Origin: Naegleria gruberi
Lineage: Eukaryota
DNA: 64,000 nucleotides
Direction: 5' to 3' (one strand)
NCBI GenBank assembly: GCA_000004985.1
Contig: GG738913.1
The translations under genes and the position numbers were made by a program. Positions 33,220-43,358 of the stretch are shown piece after piece. Each line of letters opens with the position of its first letter. Within the stretch, counting starts at the first letter, position 1. The notes beneath the pieces are model-generated. The model saw only the letters and a list, made by a program, of their open reading frames with translations, did no database searches and was not told the DNA's origin.

Positions 33220-33411
33220 GGTGTTGGTTGTGAGCGGGTTTTTTTTGGTCTAGTTTTGAATTAATTGGATTCTCTTTGATCTTGTAAAAGGAGGAGTTGA
33301 ACAAGTCCTCAAGTTGAGTGTGTGGAGGACTTGATAATCCGCTAGATAAATAAACCGATTCGAAAGTTTACAATTATTTATTAGTTATGTAGAGCATGTC
33401 CACGAGACGAT

Positions 33412-35043
33412 CTATTGAATATCAATATAGGCATATTTCTTCTTCTTTCTTAAACAGAGCCAGAATCCAAGTGCAGTAAGCAAAACAGCCACCAGAACGA
33501 ATGCAGCAGCCAAACAAACTCCAATAATTACTGGAACTCTCCAATAAGGTTGAATAGAAGAGGAGAATTTGTAAGTTGAAATAGTATCATTTGAGGTTGT
33601 GTCAAAGAGGAATACCACTTGTTGGACATCACTTCCAATTTCTTTAGAAACTGCATCGCTGGAGCAGAATTTGATTGAATTGGATCCAACTTGAGCAATT
33701 TGCTTTTCAGTATAGCTTGATATTGTTGGAAGGGTTGGATTGTTAATATTGGACTTTTGTTGTAAAGCATAAATAGCTAATGGGCTACCAGAAACGGTGC
33801 CATCAAATGTAATGCAACTGTCATCGTGAGTTTGTGCAATCAAGTAAACTGGACTCGCAGAAGTAATAGATCCAGATAATTTGGTTCCATCAGCAAGTGT
33901 TGAAATGAATGGTTTTGGTGGAATTGTCTTTTTGATATTACCATAAACAATAATGAGAGAATTGTTAAAAAGGAGATTGTTTGACATATCACAAACCATC
34001 TGTCCATCATTATCAGATGATGGAATAATTGGTGAAATTACAGTTCCAAATTGATATCCACTTCCAATAGTACTTCCACAAGTTATTGAATTTGCTTGAA
34101 TTTTCACTTCGTTTCCATTAATATCCTTCATGTTATCAAATTGATACCAGAATGAGAATGTGCTTTCAAGTTTCTCCAAATAGTGAGCATCATAAAACAT
34201 GTAAGCTCTCAAAACAACAAGCTCATCTTGACTATTTTGATATCTAGTGTCAGCAATATCTTTTGGATTAACATTTGATGCAGGAGCCAGCTCAAATTGA
34301 GGAGATGCTGTTCCATCACAGATTGGTTGTTGTTTTGGGAATGCAAGAGTAATCACTCTATTCCATTGATTACCAGTTTGTAATGAGTAACTGGATGGAT
34401 AGGAAACATCAATCCACTCATTCAATGAAATTTCCTTTGGTTTTGGAGTATCGTTAGGTGAAACATCCAGATAAAATTCATTTCCACCTTCAGACAATGA
34501 AACTGCCTTTGCAAGATTCAATTCAAAACTCAATTTCCTGCAATTTCTTGTCAATTTTCCATATTCATCTCCTTGAACTGAAAGAACATGTTCCGCTTCG
34601 CCACTACCAATAATAGTTACATTCATTTGACTCACATCCCTATTGAAAATTCCATCCAATGTCATTATATCCACAAAAATCTTTTCTTGTCCAGTGAAAT
34701 TTGCATCAAATTTGAAATGTCTCAAATATGAAAATTTAGAAATTGAAAATGTAAAATTTGTATCATGATCGGTAGTAGTAGTAGGATATTCATAAAACAC
34801 TTTCATCAAATAAAAGGAAGGAAGTGGTTGATTGTAAACAAATGTAGCAGATTCCATTGTATTATTATTCAGAGGTAAACTATTCTGCTGATCAATTTGA
34901 TAGATCTTTCCCATCTCGGCAGCAATCTCCTCTCCGTTCGCCACCACCACCACAAACTGATGTGTAAAACTCAAAGCTAAAACCAAGACGCAAATCAACA
35001 AGTGGTGGGTACCAATTGCAATTCGGTGATGATGTTTACACAT
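33412..35043 (-). CDS. hypothetical type I membrane glycoprotein (signal peptide, large ectodomain, C-terminal TM + short basic tail)
   Basis: Probable ATG at 35043 (MCKHHHRIAIGTHHLLICVLVLALSFTHQ). C-terminal TM VPVIIGVCLAAAFVLVAVLLTALGFWLCL followed by RKKKKYAYIDIQ. Many N-x-S/T sites. Confidence 0.5.
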   Translation of the reverse strand: MCKHHHRIAIGTHHLLICVLVLALSFTHQFVVVVANGEEIAAEMGKIYQIDQQNSLPLNNNTMESATFVYNQPLPSFYLMKVFYEYPTTTTDHDTNFTFSISKFSYLRHFKFDANFTGQEKIFVDIMTLDGIFNRDVSQMNVTIIGSGEAEHVLSVQGDEYGKLTRNCRKLSFELNLAKAVSLSEGGNEFYLDVSPNDTPKPKEISLNEWIDVSYPSSYSLQTGNQWNRVITLAFPKQQPICDGTASPQFELAPASNVNPKDIADTRYQNSQDELVVLRAYMFYDAHYLEKLESTFSFWYQFDNMKDINGNEVKIQANSITCGSTIGSGYQFGTVISPIIPSSDNDGQMVCDMSNNLLFNNSLIIVYGNIKKTIPPKPFISTLADGTKLSGSITSASPVYLIAQTHDDSCITFDGTVSGSPLAIYALQQKSNINNPTLPTISSYTEKQIAQVGSNSIKFCSSDAVSKEIGSDVQQVVFLFDTTSNDTISTYKFSSSIQPYWRVPVIIGVCLAAAFVLVAVLLTALGFWLCLRKKKKYAYIDIQ

Positions 35044-35177
35044 TTTTTTTAGATTGTGAAATCTTGCAATTCCGCGTGCTCCTAAAATTAACCCCGCCAT
35101 TAAGGGAGCATTATTCAGAATACTAACTCCTATTAATGGAAGGTAATTGGAAGATCCAACTTTGTACAACAACAATC

Positions 35178-36989
35178 TTATTTATTGTTGTTGTTGTGGA
35201 GAGGAATGCACTGACCGTTGTTGCTTACATTGAGTGTGTTGGAGAGGAGTGGAGTGCCAATCTTGTTGGAAAGTGATGCTTGTGAAATGGAGGTGTGGAT
35301 GTGGGTTCCCTTCACCATTTTGAGAATTACGAAAGTGTCATACTTCTCTGTTGTGGTTTGGTCGCCATCCAATAGTTCAGCAAGTCCATAATATTCTGCT
35401 TCCAATTTGAAAACAGCCCAATCATACATTTTCACGCTCACGTATCCAATTTGTAAGAATTGATAAATTAATTTGAAGAATTTTGATGGTCTATCCACCA
35501 AAAATCTACCCTGTTCATCCATTCCACAATAAGATTCCAATCTATAAATTCTCTTATCAAATCCAGCACGTGCCAAAACTGTTTCGCATACAGTTAATTG
35601 AGTATCTGAAAAGACCAATGTAAAATATCCATCAATCATTCTCTTAGGGCTTGTATTGCCAGTCTTATTGGCTGTTGCTTGTTGCTGCAAATTGTTAGAG
35701 GAAATTGAATTTCTCCTAGACATGGTTGGTATTTGAATCACTGCATTTTGATACTCTTGTGTACTTCTCAATTCTCTCAATCTCTCTACGAATCTTTGAG
35801 GTCTGTCACAAAGGCAAAAGTTGGAAGCAGACAATCTTTCCCAACTTTTCAAATGACTTCTAATGTGAGCATAGTGGAAAAAGTCTGATTTCTTAACTTC
35901 CAAAATCATAATCCACAAACTAGGTACATTGGTTGTTTTTTTGAATTCCAATCGATAATGGATAGCAACTCTTGGAGCTGGTGTAATTTGGAAATTTCTG
36001 ATACAATTGTCAAACATGAGTCTAATCTTGTCTCTTTGTTTTTCAGAGAGTTTCATTCCCATGACAACACCATCATCTCGAACACCAAAAATCAAAGCAC
36101 CTCCATTAGAGTTTAAATAAGCAATCAAATACTCAGTCATTCTTTCTCCTAATTTAGCATAATCTATAACACCTGATTCTGAATTTGTTGAACTAGTAGA
36201 AGTTGCAGTGGTTGTTGGTGAAATTACAAATTGAACATGTGAATGCTCACTCACTGGTGTTTTCTCCAATGAACCAATATTTTCTGCAATGAGCTCCTTT
36301 TCAAGTTTTTGTGATTCCTCCTTATTGGTCGTCTTGAAATTGATATAATCCGAAAAGATTGTCAATTTATAATCAAGTGTATTTCCTTCATCATAATTTA
36401 ATTGTGTTCCAACAGGAAAATCTACATTCTCAATAAAGAACCAATCTTGTTGTTGTTGCTGAGTTTGAATAGAAGGTGATGGTGATACAGTTTTTACAGT
36501 TTTAATATTTAAATTATCGGTATATATAGATAATTTGGAATTTCCTCTCGAACGACCATTATTACCACTATTATCATCATCATCATCATTATTCATATTA
36601 TCACTATTTATATTATTATTATTATTACTATTATTACTATTACTATTTAATATTGTTGTTGTTGTTGTATTATGATGCATGGAAGAGGCTGATGATGGAA
36701 AATCCTTCAGCGATGAAGAAAATGGTGAAGTAATCGATCCAGTCGAAGTATTCGTATGTAAATCATCAATATCCTCATCAAAGCCTACTTTTGTATGATG
36801 ATGAGTAGTAGAAGCACCAACAACACCACTGGGAATATTAGAATTACTATTACTTTCATTGGAAAAGTAGGACCAATTAGAGTTTGTTGTTAAACTCGAA
36901 TGTTGTTCAAAATCTTCATCATCAATAATATCAGAATTGGATGATTTGTTGGTTTTTTCCTGTGGGGAAGTAGGTGGAGATTGTAACAT
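35178..36989 (-). CDS. AlbA_2 (Schlafen-like) + BTB/T1 (KCTD-like) domain protein with N/S/D-rich low-complexity N-terminus
   Basis: 603 aa. AlbA_2-type signature LNSNGGALIFGVRDDGVVMGMKL. C-terminal BTB/T1-like FTLVFSDTQLTVCETVLARAGFDKRIYRL...DEQGRFLVDRPSKFFKLIYQFLQIGYV...LEAEYYGLAELL. Poly-N/D tract encoded by an att/ttg microsatellite. Confidence 0.5.
   Translation of the reverse strand: MLQSPPTSPQEKTNKSSNSDIIDDEDFEQHSSLTTNSNWSYFSNESNSNSNIPSGVVGASTTHHHTKVGFDEDIDDLHTNTSTGSITSPFSSSLKDFPSSASSMHHNTTTTTILNSNSNNSNNNNNINSDNMNNDDDDDNSGNNGRSRGNSKLSIYTDNLNIKTVKTVSPSPSIQTQQQQQDWFFIENVDFPVGTQLNYDEGNTLDYKLTIFSDYINFKTTNKEESQKLEKELIAENIGSLEKTPVSEHSHVQFVISPTTTATSTSSTNSESGVIDYAKLGERMTEYLIAYLNSNGGALIFGVRDDGVVMGMKLSEKQRDKIRLMFDNCIRNFQITPAPRVAIHYRLEFKKTTNVPSLWIMILEVKKSDFFHYAHIRSHLKSWERLSASNFCLCDRPQRFVERLRELRSTQEYQNAVIQIPTMSRRNSISSNNLQQQATANKTGNTSPKRMIDGYFTLVFSDTQLTVCETVLARAGFDKRIYRLESYCGMDEQGRFLVDRPSKFFKLIYQFLQIGYVSVKMYDWAVFKLEAEYYGLAELLDGDQTTTEKYDTFVILKMVKGTHIHTSISQASLSNKIGTPLLSNTLNVSNNGQCIPLHNNNNK
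36611..36675. repeat. (ATT/ACT/GTT)n trinucleotide microsatellite inside the coding region, encoding the N-rich tract
   Basis: tattattattattattactattattactattactatttaatattgttgttgttgttgt, read directly. Confidence 0.7.
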
Positions 36990-37351
36990 GATGATGAATG
37001 AATTGTTTGATATATTCCTTTCTCTACTTTGATGATGAAAATTAATATATTTAATATTTAATTATATTGAGCGGAGTATGATGATGATGGCGGATAATGA
37101 AAATTTAAAATTCTTGATGAATTTTCTTGTCGGTATTTTTTCAAAGTTATTTGATTGTTGTTGAATGGGAACCAAAAAAAGGTCTTTTTCATTATCTATT
37201 TAAACTATTTAATATTATTTACTGTATAATATTAAATAGTATTACAATAAATATTACAATAAAATTGAAAAATACAAGATTCGGATGGTTGATCATGTTG
37301 TGAAAAGATATTTTGAGCATCACGGGTCAATAAATCTCAGAACAGTTTTTA

Positions 37352-40267
37352 ATGACCACGTCAGATTTCACACATCAAAAAAAATTAATAGACATGAAGA
37401 GGGGAGGATTGTTTTCGACTATTCCCTCAGTCAATACAAACACCAACAACAATACAACATCATCTTCATCTGCTCTCTATCAAAGATCCTCAATTTCGAA
37501 TAACAATTCGAATAATTTAAATGATAGAATTTCTTCACCTTCCGATAATTCGAATTTTCGACCAATTTCCACTTCTGTTGGTCAACAGCCTTTCAAGTTT
37601 AATCCATCACCAGTTTCGTCTCCAACTTCAACCTTTCCAACAACTAATTTTACTGGAAATCGGTTAAATATTTCCTTGACACATCAAGAACGAAATTCTA
37701 ATAGTAGTGGAGTTTCGTCTGGTGTTTCTTCCTCCTCTTCAATTTTACCACTAGTTTCGAATAACCCTTCTTCCATCAATAGAAAGAATGTCAACATTCC
37801 AATGAATTTTTCTCCAATTAGAGGAGCCAATAGTTTATTCCGAAAGAGTTGGAGAAATTCCAGTGGAGGTTTCTGCTGTAATTTATCCTATTTCGTATTG
37901 GGAATTATTTTCTTCATTTCCTTTCTGACTTTTATTGTTTTTGTTTATTATTCAATGAAAAAATCAAATTCTGCATCAAATTCTTTAAATTCAGGAAATT
38001 CACTTGGAGGAGATGGAATGAATACGAAACATTCCGAATCTACATTGATTCTGTCAACTGTTCAGGATTTTTTCACACGTTTGAGGACTAAGAATGATCA
38101 TAGATTGAAAAATGTGCCACTCGAGGAAGGATACAGTCAATTGTTTGAACACGAAAAGGCAGATCAGGAAACTTTGGAAAGGGCAAGTGACAAGCTCACT
38201 AAAGAAATGAAAGAGGAAATGTTAAAAGTGAAGGAATTTTATAAAAAGACTCCAATCAGTAAGGTATTTGTGGCAGTTGTGAATGATCACTCTCAAGTGA
38301 TGAGTGCTCTGATTGTGGCCAAACAGGAAAGACTTGTGCCATCCCACTTGTCTTTGCCAATTCTTCATGTGGATTCTCATTCAGGTCACAAAATAATTCA
38401 ACACTCAAAGAGTTTGCCAGTTTTGGATTTGAAAAAGAAGAAATCAATTACAGCAATTGAAAAGATGACTGATATCAATAATTTCATTTCCACAAGTCAA
38501 TATTATGATTTATTGGGAGGACACGTTGTTTGGGTTCACAATGATTGGGAAGGATCTCATTTTGCAATGCCAAGAGGTAGACATACAGCAGTTCTTGCCA
38601 AGAGATCCAATGCTAAAAAGGGAAAACCAAAGATTTGCTACAAGAATATGCGTGGAATTTTCTGGGATGGAACTGTCAGTGATTTGACATTTGAAACCAT
38701 GGTAGATGAGAATGGCAAGATTTACAAGAATGAAAAGGCAGTTTGCACAAAATCTGAAAAATTGAAAAAGCAAAAACATGTCAGATGGGATGTTTATTCG
38801 ATGGATCAAATTTCTCGATTGAATCATCAAATTTTCAACAATACTCCATATATTTTACATTTGAATGAGGATTTTTTCACTAGCACAGATCCAACGCTTG
38901 CTAGTTTACTTCCAAGGGATGAATTTGGACACTTGTTTGATATGTTAGCTAATCTCCTCTCTCCAAGTAAGATTTGCTATTCAAAGCCAATTAAAATTCC
39001 AACTAAGGAAGGAGTGGATAAGGTCTGGACCAATGAGGAACACAATAGAGAGTGGATTTCAAAGATTATCGATGAGCTCTTCTTTAAGGGATTAATTTTT
39101 GAAAAGGAGGGTACCAGAGCTCCTAGATATACATTCTATTCACCAGAAGTTTTGGAAATGTGGTGTGGTGGACCAAAAGTAGCTCTGGAAGAATTGAAAA
39201 AGATTAACAAGTTGGTTCTCATCATGTTGGACAATATTCCATTCTATACTCTCTCATTATTGAGATATGAATATGATTTTCCAACTATTCACCAAGTTTG
39301 CAATGTGAACAATTTATTTGGAGTTTGTCCTTCTGTTAGGGTAAGTTTACTTTCTAATAATTTTTCCATTAAAGACTTTTGGAACGTGTAGAGCCCAGCT
39401 CATGAATCAACTGATGTGCAAGTTACCAGAGTTTCAGATTCTTTGAAGAATGTTATCAAGAGAGAAGGTTTACCTGCCTTGATTATTCTTTCCAGAGCTA
39501 ATAGAGAGGGATTCGTCAGTGCTGATAAATTATACAAGATTGAACATTCAGCTCTCAAAGCCATTGAAAAAGGACTCTCTGCTCCAATCTTGCTTCACTA
39601 TTTGGATGGTGCCAAACCACTTTCAGAAGCACAAGAATCAAACAATCAATTGGAACAAGAATATTCCATTTTGCAACACGTTGTCGAGCAAGATATGGAT
39701 GATTTGAGCGTCTATGCACCACTCATGACTGATAGAATTGAAAAATTCAAACAAATGAAGAAATTCATCAAGTACAAGGAACTGAGAGTGATGGAATTAT
39801 TCTATGAAGGTCAAGAATTATTGAAAGAATTTGTCAATCAAGTGGAAGAAAACTTGAGATTTGAAACCCCAATTGTCAAGACTCCATATCAATCTCCAAA
39901 GACTCGTATCAAGATTTGCATCAATATGATTGGTGTTTCCAAATTAATTCCACCTTATTTGAAGTGTGTGATTCAAAGAATGAGACAAGAGAAGAGAATT
40001 AATTTCCTAATCAGTGAAAAATTAGTAGAAACTGCAGGAGAATTCAGACAAATCATCACCTCAGATATTCAAATTGCCAAAATCAGTAATCAAGTGAAGG
40101 AGGACAAGTTTATTTTATTGATGGATATAGGATGTGACAATATTCACAAAGTTTTAGTTCAAACCGAAAGAGGACTCAACAAGTATTTCAGTTCCATGCA
40201 AACCAATGTGGATGGTAAATTAATTCATGACATTATGCAAACTCATTCCAAGAGTTGTAGAAAATAA
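37352..40267 (+). CDS. hypothetical type II (N-in, single TM) membrane protein, 2 exons: join(37352..39340,39392..40267)
   Basis: S/N-rich N-terminus, then TM FVLGIIFFISFLTFIVFVYY, then a large lumenal domain. ORF 1 ends ...GVCPSVR followed by gtaagt. The downstream frame is open from 39392 with no ATG until about 39690, which argues that it is a continuing exon. A 51-nt intron gives phase-0 continuity. Confidence 0.5.
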
Positions 40268-40350
40268 CGAATTGAAATCAATCAATATACAATTATGGAG
40301 TTTAATATAATTTATTCGAAATATATTTACAAAAATATATAAAGCAACAA

Positions 40351-41067
40351 TTACTTCTTCAAAGATGGTGAATTAGTTGGCACTCTGACCTTCTTTCCTA
40401 AAAAATCAGCAACTTTGACCATAGTTAATGGAACTGGATAAATTGCTGAATTGACAACTGCTACTGGAATCCATCCATTAGGTTTTGCTTGATTGGCATA
40501 GGTCACTAAATATGATTTTTCTGAGATTTTCTCATAACGTTGAGCAACGAAAATGTTTGTAGCTCTGACAGCTCCCTTTTGTGGTTTGAAATCTGAAGGA
40601 GGTTCATAAATTTCATCACAACTGGTTGACACAAAGTAATCAACATTATCCCTCGTAAAGAATTTGACAACATAAATGAAATCTCTATCAGAAACAAATG
40701 GAGCTCCAGCAGAAATGCAATAATAACAAATTCTCCACTTGGATCCATCATCATCTTTCCATTCTTCCAATAAATCAACTCTCTTTGAATTGGGATCCAA
40801 TTTTGTGGCAATATTCATGTCCAAAGAAGTGAAATATTCAATAAATTCGTTTGAATTTTCCAAATCATCAACAATGACATCTCCTCTAATGACTGTAGTT
40901 GAATCCCCCTTCAATTCATAAACATCAACCAATTGTTTAGTGTGATGATATTTCATTTCACCATTTTCGCTATCGATGGCTTTTTGGCTGGTCAATTTAT
41001 CAGCAATTTCAAAAGCTTGTTGCCATTTTTCAACGACTTTTTGTTTGATCGACTCGGAGAGAACCAT
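40351..41067 (-). CDS. START / Bet v1-like (SRPBCC) lipid-binding domain protein, paralog B
   Basis: 238 aa. Ends PNGWIPVAVVNSAIYPVPLTMVKVADFLGKKVRVPTNSPSLKK. Clear paralog of 32524..33219; both end in NSPSLKK. Confidence 0.5.
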   Translation of the reverse strand: MVLSESIKQKVVEKWQQAFEIADKLTSQKAIDSENGEMKYHHTKQLVDVYELKGDSTTVIRGDVIVDDLENSNEFIEYFTSLDMNIATKLDPNSKRVDLLEEWKDDDGSKWRICYYCISAGAPFVSDRDFIYVVKFFTRDNVDYFVSTSCDEIYEPPSDFKPQKGAVRATNIFVAQRYEKISEKSYLVTYANQAKPNGWIPVAVVNSAIYPVPLTMVKVADFLGKKVRVPTNSPSLKK

Positions 41068-41847
41068 TTTCTATTTCTGCACGTGATGAGTTATTGGAGG
41101 TGAATTAGGAATCAGCAAGGGAGCGGTTGATTTGTTTTTCCTATTTTTTTTTAAATTTTTTTTATTTCAGATTGGTGATTGAGAATCATCAATTACCAAT
41201 TCATTATGACTTGTCGCATCAGTCGCAATATCAAGCAGAGGACTAGGAGCAGTTCCTCCCCTTTATGGAATATAAATGGTTATGGATGACGATTTCTGAA
41301 ATCAAATTTATGTTTCATAATAGCATTGAATGAATGCATCAAAATCCGTGTTTCCATACATTGGAATATTATGAAACATAAATTTGACATTTCCACAAGC
41401 ACTCATTCTTGAATGTTTTCCTCGATGATGACAATTTTACAATTCCCTTCTTTTCTGAACATTTAATTGACGGAGGTGATTTTGCATTTCTTACAAATCT
41501 TGTTTCATTCAATTTTAAATATGAACATTCCACAACTGCTGTTTGGGTTACTCATGGAGTGTTAGATCTGAATTGAACATTATCCAAACAATATTTCACT
41601 TTTTTCGAAGTAAGACAAGTGTCCTTTCTTAATCAATATTTAATTTATTAAATTGAAATATTTTCAACAACATGCATTATGAAAAAATCAGTTTAATGAA
41701 TTCCAATTTCGGGCGTTTCAGCAAATAATCTCTAGTTTATTTAAACAATAATTGGACTAATTCATTCTGACTTGAAGAGGATCAAAACTCTCATATATTA
41801 ATTTCGATCAAATTGATTTAATCACATATAATTCGATGGACTAATCA

Positions 41848-43056
41848 TTAAAGATTTAGAATCACATCGATATCTTGATATATTTCCCTAATATGTTGTT
41901 TTACTTCAACACTTACATCATTATCACAAAGATAAAGATATTCTAATTCTTTCATAGTTGAAATATGTTTAGCTCCTTCATTGCCTAATGAATTCGTGTG
42001 AATTTCGAGTTCAGTTAGTTGATTCATTTGACTAATATATTTGGCTCCTTCAGCATCAACATTATTACCGCTTATATCCAGCAGGTTTAAATTTTGCAGT
42101 TGACTAATGTATTTACATGCGTTAGTCTGAATAGAATTATCTTCAATGTAAAGTTCTGTTAATTGATTCAATTGACCAAAGTTTTCAAAATTTACTCGAT
42201 CAGTAATCTCATTCGAGCCAATATTTAAAATTGTGAGCTGTTTCATTTCGCTTATATATTTAGCTCCTTCATCTCCAATAAAATTGTCATTAATATTAAG
42301 ATTGATCAACTGCTTCATTTCACTTATATGTTTAGCTCCTTCAGCACCAAATTCATTTCTAACAGTTTCAAGTTCTGTTAAATTGGTCAGTTTAATCAAG
42401 TGCGCAGCTCCTTCCTCATCAATATTGTTTGATGATATCACAAGACTCGTTAGTTGTTTCAGTTCACTAATATATAGAGCTCCATTACTTCTAATATCAT
42501 TCTTACTGATATCAAGATACGTTAATTTCTCTAGTTTACCTATATATTTTGCTCCTTCTTCCTCAATGTTGTTTGAACTAATATTAAGAAGTGTCAACTG
42601 TTTCAATGCACTAATGTGTTTGGCTCCATCGTTTTCAATATTGTTCCTACTAATGTACAGTGTAGTTAATGATTTACTCATCAAGTCAAATACTCCACAA
42701 TTAAACACAACACCTTTGATCCGAAAGTTCACTGACAATGTTTCAATATTTTGTAAAAATTCACCATTCAATTTCACATTGTTTTTACATTTCATATGTA
42801 ATTTCAATCTTTCCAAAATGACATTCAACCACTGTTTTGAAACCAATGCACAATTCATCACAATAAATTTAAAATTACCGGAATAATAATGTAAAACTTC
42901 ATAAATTACATCATCGGGAAGGATGTAATTTTGTTCTTTTAATTTTTTCTTTTTTAATTCTGATTCGGAATTATTTAGCTGATCATTAATAGCATCATCA
43001 TTGTTGAATATTGATTGATCCGACAAGTAACAACCTTCTCTTGCTCGTTTGCTCAT
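41848..43056 (-). CDS. F-box-like / LRR protein, paralog C
   Basis: Preferred ATG at 43056 (MSKRAREGC, A-rich context; it matches the M-x-KR-x-R starts of the paralogs). FKFIVMNCALVSKQWLNVILERLKL. About 13 RNI-type LRRs (LTLLNISSNNIEEEGAKYIGKLEK...). Confidence 0.65.
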   Translation of the reverse strand: MSKRAREGCYLSDQSIFNNDDAINDQLNNSESELKKKKLKEQNYILPDDVIYEVLHYYSGNFKFIVMNCALVSKQWLNVILERLKLHMKCKNNVKLNGEFLQNIETLSVNFRIKGVVFNCGVFDLMSKSLTTLYISRNNIENDGAKHISALKQLTLLNISSNNIEEEGAKYIGKLEKLTYLDISKNDIRSNGALYISELKQLTSLVISSNNIDEEGAAHLIKLTNLTELETVRNEFGAEGAKHISEMKQLINLNINDNFIGDEGAKYISEMKQLTILNIGSNEITDRVNFENFGQLNQLTELYIEDNSIQTNACKYISQLQNLNLLDISGNNVDAEGAKYISQMNQLTELEIHTNSLGNEGAKHISTMKELEYLYLCDNDVSVEVKQHIREIYQDIDVILNL

Positions 43057-43358
43057 TTTTTTTAAATTATTGTAAAATCCATTATTGGTGAATGCGAAGT
43101 AATCTATTCGAAATAATATAGCCTGCATTGTAAATCATTGTAATTCATTTATTGTAAGCAAGAATATATTAAAATTATTACAAAAATTTTCTTAACCTTT
43201 CACTTGGCATCATGGGTTCAAAAATTCGTTTAAGGAATTTCCGATGAGATTTCATCAGATGTTAATAGATCGATTACATTGGATGATAGTAATTGATAGT
43301 AATTGTGTATGAACCGCCAAAGCTAAATGTCATTAAACATATTCAGAGATAAAAAAAA

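Noticed and set aside
33412-35175. ORF-track start at 35175, which would put this gene 3 bp from the stop of the upstream gene
   Set aside because: The N-terminal 44 residues are not signal-like. ATG 35043 (MCKHHHRIAIGTHHLLICVLVLALSF) gives a proper signal peptide and a 135-bp spacer.
42233-42886. 217-aa ORF on the plus strand antisense to LRR paralog C
   Set aside because: It is the mirror frame of a highly periodic LRR coding sequence. It is S/L/I/F-rich with low-complexity composition and is fully embedded in a well-supported minus-strand gene.
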